DNA of 64,000 bases from Podarcis liolepis (Eukaryota). The DNA lies in the NCBI GenBank assembly GCA_965112155.1, contig OZ218109.1, one strand, 5' to 3'. Position 1 is the stretch's first letter; the number at the start of each line of letters is the position of its first letter. Below are positions 38,296 through 49,013 of the stretch, one piece after another. Made by a program: the position numbers and the translations under genes. A model generated the notes under the pieces. It had not been told where the DNA came from and ran no database searches. It worked only from the letters and a program-made list of their open reading frames with translations.

Positions 38296-38527
38296 CAGGG
38301 GTAGGCAACCTAAGGCCCATGGGCCGGATGCAGCCCAACCGCGGACGGTCCAGGAATCAGCGTGTTTTTACACGAGTAGAATGTGTCCTTTTATTTAAAA
38401 TGCATCTCTGGGTTATTTGTGGGGAATAGGAATTCGTTCATTGTTTTTTTCCAAAATATAGTCCGGCCCACCACATGCTCTGAGGGACGGTGGACCGGCC
38501 CATGGCTGAAAAGGTTGCTGACTCCTG
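38296..38527. mobile_element. Non-autonomous hAT (Charlie/OC1-like) MITE
   Basis: TIRs CAGGGGTAGGCAACCT / CAGGAGTCAGCAACCT (13/16) and a perfect 8-bp TSD ACCTGGAA (38288-38295; 38528-38535). Confidence 0.93.
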
Positions 38528-41500
38528 ACCTGGAAGCATTTCCTGGCAAAGCTCTGCTATGAATCTCTGGCCTCTAGAACAGGAGTGGCCAATCTTTGGC
38601 CCTCCAGGTGGTGCTGAACTACAATTCCCATCATGCTTAGCCTTTGGCCATGGTGACGGGAGCTGATGTGAGTTGGTGAGGTGCAGGAAAATGACGTTTC
38701 CTCGCTCTGTGATGTATTGATCAGCTGTCCTGCCATGTCCTGTGTAGAATCCACTCAGATAATTTGGGTGGCCTTCTATAGGCTAAAGCTACATCATCGG
38801 GGTGGGGAGAGGACGTTAGCCTAGCATTCCAAAAGTGTATGCTCTCAATTTTAGTTAATTACAAAAACTGCCTAGATAGCTGACCCAAGGAAGCCAAGCA
38901 GGGCAAAGGGAGCAAAAGGATATTTGCAAGGCTGAAATTGTAAAATTCCAGCCCCCCCCCGCCCCCATCCTCAGATTTGGTGCTTAGGTATAGTCTATTC
39001 ATAAAGCACCACTAGCTTTACTGTGCATTGAGAAACTGGTAAGCACACTGCAACACATCAGGGGATTTGCAGAGAATTCTTCTGCTGTGCTTTCCAAAAG
39101 AGAATTTCCATGGCACTTACCCAGCCTGAGCTTTCCTTCTCTCTCCTGCATTGCCACAGTGTCTGAGGAAGTGGGAAGAATCCAGCATCACACACTTCTG
39201 AATCTTCTGTTGGTGCAAGCATTCCAGCTTGCCACACAGAATGACCCCCCCTCTGCCCCCCTCCTCTCCTGCATGGTTCCAGGAGTTCTCATGCCTCTCA
39301 AACAATTTTGGGGCACACAGAGGAGAAGGAGAGGGGGAAGCCCCATTGTCCAACTGGAAGTCTTACTCAGGGCTTTTGCAGATGGGACTTATCTGTTGAA
39401 TCTCAACCTCTGTTTTGTTGGGAGGGGAGGAACCTTTTTTTTTTACCTTAGTGTCCCTCCTTTGAAGCACCAGTGAAATATTAAGTCCTGCTAAAAACCT
39501 GGTACTGTAAAATAAGTTAGAGGAAAACGACAAGCTGTTCTGTTGCTGTGTGAGACAAGAGTAATACTGCCACATGTTGAGAAGTGAAAATTGTTTGTGA
39601 ACAACTGAAAAATGTGCATAGTATTGAGATGGGCTTTATCCTTTTGGGTGCTTTTAAAAATAATAAATCTGTATTAAAAATGCAAATTGATAACAGGTTC
39701 TTGATCTCCCCCTTTTATTAGGGGTAGAAAGTAATTTTTTAAAAAAATCAGAACAGTTCATTTTGAAAGCAATATATGGGTGATAGAATTGACTTCTACT
39801 TCCTGCAGATTTTATATGAAACCATTAAACATGAACTTGAATCCCATAATGCAGAGTTAGTGTTATTGCTCACAAAGGCTGCAGTCCTTAGCACTTCAAA
39901 GCAAGGGCCATTGACTTCATTGGGGCTTGTTTCCAAATAAGCCCAGTTAAAATTGGGTTGAAAGTCCATTAAAGAGCCTGGTGAACCAGAAGTGGACTTG
40001 CTTAAAGGAAACCAGTGCAAACTGAGAATCTAAAACAGAACACAGCGATTAGTTAGAATGAAATCTGTAATTAACTATCTGTGAGTGTAGTTGCTTCACT
40101 AAGAGATGCTCGTTGCTTCACTAAAACGAATGTTAAAACTGTGGCTTCCAAGCATGGGTCAGAGGGAGTGACTTTAAAAACTTGGATTTCTGAAGTACTA
40201 TTGTTTTCCCTTTTTCTTTCGAAGAAGAATTCATTTGCAAAATGCAAGCTTGCATTCACTTTGCATCAAATTTCTGGATGCCAGCAAAGCTCTACTATGC
40301 ATCTTTTATTTGGGTTACTACAGTAACCCAAAGCAGGAAAATTGCTACCTGGTTTCTACAAAAATGATAGGCCTTTAAAAGAAAATGAAGCTGTTGCATT
40401 ACCTGCAGATCTTCAGCAGTGAAGTCTAGTGAAGACTTGGGGGGAATATACACCAGGATTTTCTTCAAAATTCCCAGTAAAATGAATGGGAGCAATGAAA
40501 GAGCATGGCTGTGTAATTCCTGGAGCTAGGGCAGAGTAATTTCCTAGTGGATTTGTGTTGGTAGAAGGCAGTTGCTTCCACTTCATAAAGAGATGTATAG
40601 ACTATATAAATATAGCACGGTGTGATATAATATACTCTGCCTCCCAAAGCTGTTTCTAATTGTTTTAATTTAGTGTTTCACACAATTCTTAGCTGCCTTA
40701 CAGAAAGGCAGGGTATCCATTCTCTTATAAATTAAAGGATGGCGATGGGAGAGGTTGGTTTTTGTTTTGTTTTTTAAAAAAGAAAAGAACACAATGCACA
40801 CACCCAAAAAACTCAGGCTTGTATTCGCTAACAGGGAGGACTGGGTTAAACACCCTCAGTTGATTTCATGTAAACCTGAATACATTAATTATTCTTACGC
40901 ATTTACTAGCTGGATGCTGTTCAAGTCAATGACCTGTAGGTGTTCTAATTTCATGACAACATTGTAATTACTTGGGAAAAACATTAATTCTGGAGATACT
41001 CGCCACTGTTCTGGAACAGTTTGCTGTTCTTGTTCTTGCTTTTTTCTTTTTTTAAAAAGGAACAGTCCAGTTAGCCAGCAGTCAGATTGTTGGTTTTGTT
41101 TTGTTTTAAAAAGAATCTTAAAAAGCTGAAGCGCATTGTCCTTGACAAAGCTGTTTAAAATGCCTCCCTTTTGCATCCTTAGCTATCTATTTGTGTGTTT
41201 CGTTTTAATTTACGCCTCTCTTCCTATTGTGATGTGAGGCAGATGGAAGGATTATATCTAAGAAACACATCGAAGGAGGGGCCCCTCAATTGTTACTGTA
41301 TACTCAAGTAAACAAGGCTATTTTGCAGGGAGTGAATTGTATTTGAGCTTTGTTATTTATTTATTTATTTTTGCAGACCAGTAACTTGAGTTCTGCACTG
41401 CGTGAGACAAACCTTTCTACCTTCTGTCTTGCTCGGTGCAGAACTAAGAAGCTGGGTGATTTTATGAAGGGCAGATAATAGTTTTGCTTGAAGTTTGGGT

Positions 41501-41691
41501 GGTCAACAAGGAATATTGTCAAAGTTGTCACTGGCAACCTGTGGACCAGAATTGCTTCAGAGGCTAAATCCAAATTTTAATCAAGACTTAGAGGTCATGC
41601 TTTTTTGTCCATCGCTAAATAACACAAAATTGTTTTAAAAGATCAAAATATTACGTATCAGGTTTTATTTTGCATTTAATATCTTTCCTTT

Positions 41692-41897
41692 GGCATTGGA
41701 TGTAGTGGTTAGAAGTAGAACCTGGGAGACAAGAGTTCAGAGGTCACTGGCTGACCTTGAGCCAGTCACTGTCTCTAACCCTAACCTACCTCACAGGGTT
41801 GTTGTGAGGATAAAATAGGAAAGGAAGAACCCCCACTTTGAGCTCCTTGGAAGAAAAGTGGTATATAAATGAAGTGAAAAAATAACAATAAATAAAA
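41692..41897 (+). mobile_element. CORE-type tRNA-derived SINE (Squam3/MIR-like)
   Basis: tgtagtggttag head, ggctgaccttgagccagtcactgtctct core, ctaacctacctcacagggttgttgtgaggataaaa, gagctccttggaagaaaagtggtatataaat and A-rich tail. Confidence 0.8.
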
Positions 41898-41944
41898 ATT
41901 ATGGAGCTTGATCATCCATGAAAGAGCCAAGCAGTGCAACAAAG

Positions 41945-42448
41945 TTTATTTGATGCATTTATACCCCACCTTTTTCTCCAAGGAGCTCAGTGTGGTGTAT
42001 ACACAGTGTTAGAAACTGAGATATGAAAGCTAGGAGCTAAATGGCAGATTAAACCTAGGTTATGGGTCTAGGCACAGTTTTTTAATAACAAGAATACAAA
42101 GCTGAAAGGGAATGAACTGCAGTTAAAATATTGTGTTCATTTTTCACATGGTCTAGTCCTTCCCCTGCCCCCCTGAAATCATAGGCGCAGTACTGCGTCC
42201 AGAGCTCAGAAACTGCTCGCATTAATGAAATTCCCTGTTGCAAAACGTGCCTAGAACAATGGGGGTTTTGAACGCTGGGTGTACATGGTTCTCTTCCTTT
42301 CTCCTTTAATCCCTGTAAGGTTGATTAGTCAGAGAGGCAGTGACTGGCCCAAGGTCCCCCATTGAGCTTCATGGCTGAGTGGGGATTTGAACCCTGATCT
42401 CCCAGGTCCTATTCCGACCCTTTAACCCCTACATTACCCTGGCTCTCT
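41945..42448 (-). mobile_element. CORE-type SINE (Squam3/MIR-like), interrupted by a nested insertion at 42004-42277
   Basis: Tail part 41945-42003 (atttataccccacctttttctccaaggagctca) and body/head 42278-42448 (gtgactggcccaaggtc..gagcttcatggctgagtggggatttgaaccc) are the reverse complement of the 41692 family. Confidence 0.8.
42004..42277. mobile_element. Nested DNA transposon fragment (hAT-like)
   Basis: Ends CAGTGTTAGAAA / CAGCGTTCAAAA (inverted). Degenerate 8-bp TSD TGTATACA / GGTGTACA (6/8). Splits a SINE cleanly. Confidence 0.6.
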
Positions 42449-42759
42449 ATCTCTTATCCATCTCTAACCCAGTATTTTGTACGCCGGTTCTCAGCACTGT
42501 TTACGGGAAGAGTATTTCGCATCTCCTTGGAATTGTCTGGTGAATAATGAAAGCAAACTGCAACAATACAGAAGTTGCCCATCCTTGATCTAGTGAAATG
42601 CATGGCAGAATGAAATGATGTAGTTGCCATGAAAGCAGCAGTGGTTGTGGGAGAATCACAGTGATTGTTTTGAGTTGACATGTAAAAATGTGCATATAGA
42701 TAAGCCACAGTTCGGTAGTAGTGCACCAAGCTTGCATGCAAAAGGCCTGAAACCCTGGA

Positions 42760-42836
42760 TAGCTGCAGCCATGCAGTGCAGAGACTACTGAGCTGTGTTG
42801 GCCAATGGTCTGGCCCATGTATAAGGCAGCTTCCTA
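42760..42836 (+). mobile_element. SINE/CR1-type 3' tail fragment
   Basis: gaaaccctggatagctgcagcca..actactgagct..ccaatggtctggcccatgtataaggcagcttccta resembles a common squamate retroposon tail (recall). Confidence 0.55.
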
Positions 42837-44513
42837 ATTCCCTGTGTATATTTTTATATAATATATAAATTCCGATACTTATCCGGAACATAGAGAACAT
42901 ACGTTCTTTTTCCATTTTGATTTTAAATTTAGGGTCATAGCTGCTTAGGTTCATTACAATAATTAATATGGATATCATGATACAATGATGCAATATTAGT
43001 TTGTGAGTTCAGAGTCTCAGTAGAGAAGAGACTCCATATTTTAACTGTCTTCTGCTTGGTCAGAAGAAAGTGAAAAGATCCAGCTTCATAAAACAAAAAA
43101 CCCACATTCTGCATTTGGTCCCTTAACATGCGGTGGTGACCAGTCAAACTATAAGTGTATCACAATTATTTATTAGTGTTTGCCCGCTTTGACTACTGAA
43201 GATTCTGTTTGGTTTCCTCCTTCTTTCTGTCATTCTCGTCTGAGTCTCAGTTCCAATTGTTTCATGATTGACACGCCAGCAAGATTGACAGATACCCCTT
43301 AGAGTCTGATGTCTGGAGGTCGCATAAGCAATAATAGATTCTGTTCCAGATTTTAGCATCAAATATTGGCTTTCAGTGTCAAAGGGGTTAAAGTTAAATG
43401 CTGATTGACTGTGTCTAAGCTGAAGCCACAAGCAAAAAGCATCCATGGGATCTTGGTATTGTGCATTTGATGTAATCTCCGAAACACCATGTGGAAGATT
43501 TATAAATGATCACATTTTGGTAAATTACTACTAAGTGAATAAAATGCAACACAATCAGGTGTCCTTGCACATGAGTGTGAAATAACTTTGATTGGAAAAG
43601 CCAGAATTTATTATATAAGATAGTATCTCTACGTTTGTACATGTTTATGTACTTGAATCTGGAAAGGTCAAAATGCATTTAGTTTTGTTTTTTAACTATG
43701 TAAAATACAGTGTATTTTTTAAAGTTTCCTGGGCTATTGCTTATATGTGCACATGATCACTTGATCTCTGAAGCCTCGAGCGTATACAGTGTCTTCATGA
43801 GATGAATTTATTGTGTTCAAAGATAAGATATTCTGCAGTGGGAACGAACTAGATAGAATATCCCAGTTTATAGCCCATAGCAGCAAAACCTCTAATCCTC
43901 AATGGTAGAAACACTTCCCTGTTTCTTACTCCACCTTTACCCCTGCTCTCTGCTGCAAGATTGTCAGGTTAGCCTGATGACACATCATGCTTGAGCAGTA
44001 TAAACCAGCATCTATTACGCTAATTCACTTCACAGCCATGGCAAAGGAGTCCACAATGTTTTTGGCTGGCCTTGACAAATGCTCACCTTCTGTGCAACTC
44101 TGTGCATGTTTGCTTGGAAACAAGTCCTGCTATGTTCAATTGGGTGGGCCGGTGAAGCTTTAATTTTATTTAATTATTTTTAAAACATGTGTGTATATAT
44201 AGATCACTTTTTAAAAAGCAGTTTACAAAAATGCCCACAAGCAAGTCTTAATACAATTTATTTGTAAAGTTTTTTAAATTATTTCATTCTGCAATGTATC
44301 TAAAACAGAGAGAACAATTATAACGGATGAAAATTAAAAGTTGAAAAACAAAACTATACAATAGGGACATTGAATGAGTAGTTGCACATGAGTCAAAGTA
44401 AAGACTTTCAACATTATCAGATCATGGAGTTTCGTTCCTGAGTTTTCAGATCAGCGTTTTCTTTCTCCTAGATGGGCTACCTTCCCCATTTGCCCCTCAC
44501 TTCTCTCTACAGC

Positions 44514-44603
44514 CATAGCTGTCAACTTTTCCCTTTTCTTGTGAGGAATCCTATTCGGAATAAGGGAATTTCCCTTTAAAAAAGGGAAACGTTGACATCT
44601 ATG
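44514..44603. mobile_element. 90-bp MITE with ~24-bp TIRs and 8-9-bp TSD
   Basis: CATAGCTGTCAACTTTTCCCTTTT / CATAGATGTCAACGTTTCCCTTTT inverted ends. Flanks (c)TCTACAGC and (t)TCTACAGC. Confidence 0.85.
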
Positions 44604-45347
44604 TTCTACAGCACATACAGAAACTGCCCTCTTGGCCATTGGACCAACTATTCGTCTCATCCACTCAATATGCCAGAGCCTGTAGCCATGTGCTGGGGAA
44701 GTCCCTAATTCACCAAGGGCTTGAGACCCATAGGCTACCCTCACTTAGTTTAACTGGCCAGTTGAAGCTGTTTCCCAGGGTGTGTTAGGAGAGGGGTAGT
44801 ACCTCTGGTGGGAGACAACATTATGCTCTTTCAGGGGTAGTTTGTCCACCTTTGGCCCCCACCCTGCACTTGGCTCTCACCAGTGGCTCCTAGAAGCTGT
44901 CAGCATGCAATCAAATTATGTACTTCTGTAAAATACCTCACATTGATCTGTGCAAATAAGCAACTGAGTTGGAATGGTGTATAGTGGCAGCCATTGATAG
45001 CATGCATTTGCACACTGTAGGAAGCCAGCAAGGAGCGTAACATTTCAAAATCTGCAAACACAACATTTTTAATGATCTCAATTACATTTTCATGAGTGTT
45101 AACATGCTGCTCCAGTGCAACTTCTTCATAGTTCCACTGTTTTGACTATGTCATGGTGCACAATTGTCATTCATGCTGTTTTCTCTCATGTGTAATGAAT
45201 GTCACTATTTTAAATATTTGAGTCAGCACAGGAATACCCACCCTCACCCAAAGTGATTAATTGATGGGGCTTGAATCTAATCATATAAAATGGTGTCATT
45301 GCAGCCAGCTGTTTTGAGATGCTAATATCACTACATTTCTTTTAAAG

Positions 45348-45438
45348 GATGCCAGACAACTGTATGTAGAATATAAAGAAGCAAAAATGAAGGAGAAAGA
45401 AGAGGCCCTGGCTAGAGCTGAACTGGAAACACTTCAGA
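45348..45438 (+). CDS. DNAJC1: DNAJC1 coding exon 7
   Basis: Acceptor ttcttttaaag|GAT; DARQLYVEYKEAKMKEKEEALARAELETLQ(K); donor AGA|GTAAGT. 91 nt. Confidence 0.93.
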
Positions 45439-46439
45439 GTAAGTTTTTATTTTTATTCACAGTCTTGATTACATATACCCATATATGACTGATGGCGGGG
45501 TGGGGTAAGATCACAGTTTTTTCTCTCACAAATGTGTTCTCTGTGTTGCAGCAACTGCAGAAAACAGGATTGCTCTGAACCGACTTCACTGTAGTACGAA
45601 GTTGCTGCATAATAACATTTGGATTTCTGAATTCTCTGTAGAAATTTTAATGCATGCAAACCAACTGGTTGAGTAACAAATAATGTTAGGCAGAAATGCG
45701 ATAGAAATACTAATAATTTGCAAGAGAAAATACCTAAGAAGTCTGCAGTGAAATAGCAGATACCGAGAGCCTGCCTTGGTTTTGTGGCTGCCTGGAAATA
45801 ATTCAAATAATTGGTGGTGCGTTTTATAGCAGTTCCAAATTGGTTTGACTTCTAAGTATTCTAAAATGCACTCAAAATTATATGCACCTGCAGAAATTGT
45901 AGATGCAAAACTTATGAGGCAAAGCTGTGACCCCTTTGATATTTTGAATTAGAACTTGGAGAGACAACTCTCCTGACTGCTTAATAAGCATGATTAACTG
46001 CGATATATAACTTACCATCCCATTAGGAAAAGCTGTGACTAATTTACGTTTTTCGTTACAACCCACACATTTTACAGATTTCGAGTTTTCAATATTCCTG
46101 TGTATATTATTACCTTTTTGTGCTATTGTACACTTTCCAGTTTGCTTCATTTTATGTCCGTATTTTGACCCTGGAAAATACCCGTTTTCATCCTTTTCTG
46201 TTATAGGACAAACATTACGCAAAGTAACTTCAAATTGTAGCTGTCTAGTTAGCACTGTCCTGTGTGGCTTTCTCCCACAAAAAGTGAATGTTAATGTTTT
46301 TGTCCTGTATATGGTAGAAAGTAGGACATGAGGTTGATTTATTTAGAGGGATTTGCACTGGAGTCTGAGATAGCTTTAATTGGGTTAATGATGCTTATTA
46401 TCTCAGCTGATAATGATAAAACAAATTGCATAGCATATC

Positions 46440-46670
46440 TTATTTATATAATTACACAATCCCACCCAATTTTCCTCCAAGGAGCTCTGAATGGCTTACA
46501 TATGACTCCCACAAACCCATGTTATCCTCACAAGAACCCTGTCAGGTTGGTTAGATGGAGGGATGAGTGTTGAAAGGTCATCCTGTGGCAGCTTCATGCC
46601 TGAGTGGGGCTTTGGGCTTTGGGCCTCCATGGTCTTAGTCTGACAATCGAGCCACTAAGCCACATTGGCA
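46440..46670 (-). mobile_element. CORE-type SINE (Squam3/MIR-like), decayed
   Basis: ttttcctccaaggagct..ttatcctcacaagaaccctgtcaggttggttag..gcttcatgcctgagtgggg; reverse complement of the 41692 family. Confidence 0.7.
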
Positions 46671-46891
46671 GTCACTGCCAACTGCTTGAAAAGAACACTG
46701 GAAGAATGTGTATTCTTTAAAGCTTTTATTTAGAATTATTTTTTAAAAATTAGTCGTTTAATTTACACATTTTCATATTATGAGTTTAAAACTTTTATAA
46801 ACTGAAAATCCCTAAATGCCCATTCCATTTATCCCTGTCTTCAGCTGTAAAGAGTATATCATGCTTCATATTGAGCTATAGAATCCAATTA

Positions 46892-47091
46892 CAGTGGTAC
46901 CTCCGGTTGCGGACAGGATCCGTTCTGGAGCTCTGGTCGGATCCCGAGGCTTCCACAACCGGTGGGACCTCTTCTGTGCATGCGGTAGAGTGCTTCTGCG
47001 CATGTGCGCATGGCAAAACACTTCCGGGTTTGCCGCTTTCGCAACCCAAAATTTTCGTTACCCGAGGGTAACGTAAGCCAAGGTGTTACTG
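46892..47091. mobile_element. Tc1/mariner-pogo-type MITE (different subfamily)
   Basis: TA-CAGTGGTACCTCCGGTTGCG ... CGTAAGCCAAGGTGTTACTG-TA. Degenerate TIRs (13/20), CpG-rich interior. Confidence 0.8.
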
Positions 47092-47200
47092 TATATCTCT
47101 TACTGTGAAGCCTATCTATTTAGAACGAATCCTGCTCTGAACTAGAAAACCCATCCTGTGTTGTGTTGCTTGGGTATACTAGACCAGAGCATTATAGAAT

Positions 47201-47602
47201 GGCTGTGTTTGGGCATAACACTAAACTAGAGTTTTGTGTTATGTGAACCTTGGGCTTGTGAATTCTTTTCCTCTGGCAGGTTGTGAGGAGGAGCTTGGAA
47301 ACCTACGCTTCTGATTTCAGTTAACTGCATTGTGATGCGTGGTATGCTTATCCTGGCAAATTCTGGTTGGTCTTAACTATGGATTAGGGAAACAAGCCAA
47401 CTTCAAACCAACTTCATTTCTTGGTCATCCAAACAGTGGGACTAACCACACTTCTGGGTTCAAACATACCCCACAAAGTGTGGTTAGTTGAAAATGGAAG
47501 CAAAGGTTTTCAATATTTTGGGAACTGGAGAGGGAGCACCCAGGTCTGAGTCTCATGCACATAACGCAAAACTATGGTTTAATGTTATGTCCAAACACAT
47601 CC
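47201..47602. mobile_element. Long-TIR palindromic MITE (PIF/Harbinger-like)
   Basis: ~45-bp inverted ends GGCTGTGTTTGGGCATAACACTAAACTAGAGTTTTGTGTTATGTG / GGATGTGTTTGGACATAACATTAAACCATAGTTTTGCGTTATGTG. The superfamily call is inferred from the GG start; a TSD is not clear. Confidence 0.75.
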
Positions 47603-47636
47603 ATTGTTGTGTCATATATTAAAAGCTTTGTGTGCA

Positions 47637-47647
<11 letters not shown>

Positions 47648-47703
<56 letters not shown>

Positions 47704-47708
47704 CACAC
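47648..47708. repeat. (TA)n(CA)n microsatellite
   Basis: Read directly from the sequence. Confidence 0.95.
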
Positions 47709-48372
47709 AAAACATGGTTTAAAATAATAACATTTCCGTTAATTACACGGGGGGGTTATTATTCTGTTCTGATGATTGCTGCAAACTTGCCTGAGGACCA
47801 TGTTTTGAGTGCTTCACACACTTCTCAGACATTACCTTCTTCTCAAAGCTTACAGTAATCCAGTAAAGATACATCTAAATTAACTCCATACTGTGGTTGG
47901 TAGATGTGTGTAAGACAACTAGATAGTTAGCTCTTGCCTTGATTCTAGCTAAATGGACTATTTGCAAACGTTCATGATGTGGGTTTATTTTATTATCAAA
48001 TGAGTGGTAATTGCAGGTATCAAGCTGTAAAACAGAAAGTACAAATAAGCAATTTAACAATAAGCTGCCTCCCAGTTGTTCGTCGTGTGAAAAGCTGTTG
48101 TGATATAAAAGTATACTGCCATGGTTCCAAGAAAATTTGCTGTGAAACGTTAACTCCCAAAAAGCACATTGCAAATCAAGGTACGAGGACTTTGACTATT
48201 CTAGTGAAATAAGCCCTCTGATCATTAAGGGAGCAATCCTAAGGCAAGATCCACTGGAAGGAACAGCTTAGGAGGCAACGGGTCTCTGCTCGCATTAATT
48301 CCCCAATCCTGGCTTGGCTGAGCATAACTTGCTCAGTTGGATGAGCCAAAACTGACTGAGCTGAAGCCAGTA

Positions 48373-48411
48373 CAGTTGTACCTTGGGAGTCGAACAGGCA
48401 AGGTATGACTG
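48373..48411. mobile_element. 39-bp minimal TA-flanked MITE
   Basis: TA-CAGTTGTACCTTG-ggagtcgaacagg-CAAGGTATGACTG-TA. 13-bp TIRs (11/13) resembling CAGTGGTACCT. Confidence 0.65.
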
Positions 48412-48737
48412 TATAAGTCCTAAAAAGAGAGCATTTTGGAAGCATGGCATGGCAGCATCAAAGAGAGCCCATTCCTAAGGCTGTTAAACTCAGACTTGTG
48501 AACTAGCGTCCTGGCATAAAACACCATTTTAAAGGCTTGTTTTCTATCTGCCAGGCTTAGGCAGAGAAGCAGCAGCATTCCCTCTGCTGAACAGGGTTTG
48601 GTTCTGGTTACACCGGCTTAAGTTATCTCAGCTTGCTTTACGCCAGCTTCTTGTGTGTAGGATTGCTCCCTGCATGTCTAAAATCCAAGTTGTAACCTCT
48701 TTTTTTGCAGCTGTGATCTATAAGCGTGACAACAGCT

Positions 48738-48798
48738 TTATAAAATGTGGGTGCAATATTATAAAATGTGGGTGCAATATTATAAAATGTGGGTGCAA
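48738..48798. repeat. 21-bp tandem repeat x~2.9 (TTATAAAATGTGGGTGCAATA)
   Basis: Two perfect units plus a 19-bp third, ending 48 nt before exon 8. Confidence 0.97.
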
Positions 48799-48846
48799 AT
48801 GCTTCTGGGCAGAGTTTGTGATTGTAGGTCAAATTTTGTTTTGCAG

Positions 48847-49013
48847 AGGAAAAGAAGCCTAAAGTCAAGAAACCAAAACCTGAATTTCCAGTATACACTG
48901 TGGCAGAGACAAATGCATTTATACCATCGTATGACCATGGCGCTTCAATTGAAGAGGTTGAAGAACAGTTGGATGATTGGTTGGAAGAAAGGAACAAATC
49001 TCTAAAAAGGAAG
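48847..49013 (+). CDS. DNAJC1: DNAJC1 coding exon 8 (last exon in window; GC 5' splice site)
   Basis: Acceptor ttttgttttgcag|AG; (K)EKKPKVKKPKPEFPVYTVAETNAFIPSYDHGASIEEVEEQLDDWLEERNKSLKRK. Similarity to DNAJC1 ends at AAG|GCAAGC. 167 nt, phase 0. The 3' boundary is inferred. Confidence 0.9.

Noticed and set aside
42454-42993. 179-aa minus-strand ORF
   Set aside because: Crosses a retroposon tail, with no domain or splice support.
44740-44910. Sequence resembling a LINE (RTE/Vingi-like) 5' region
   Set aside because: The resemblance is from vague recall only; no ends or ORF support it.
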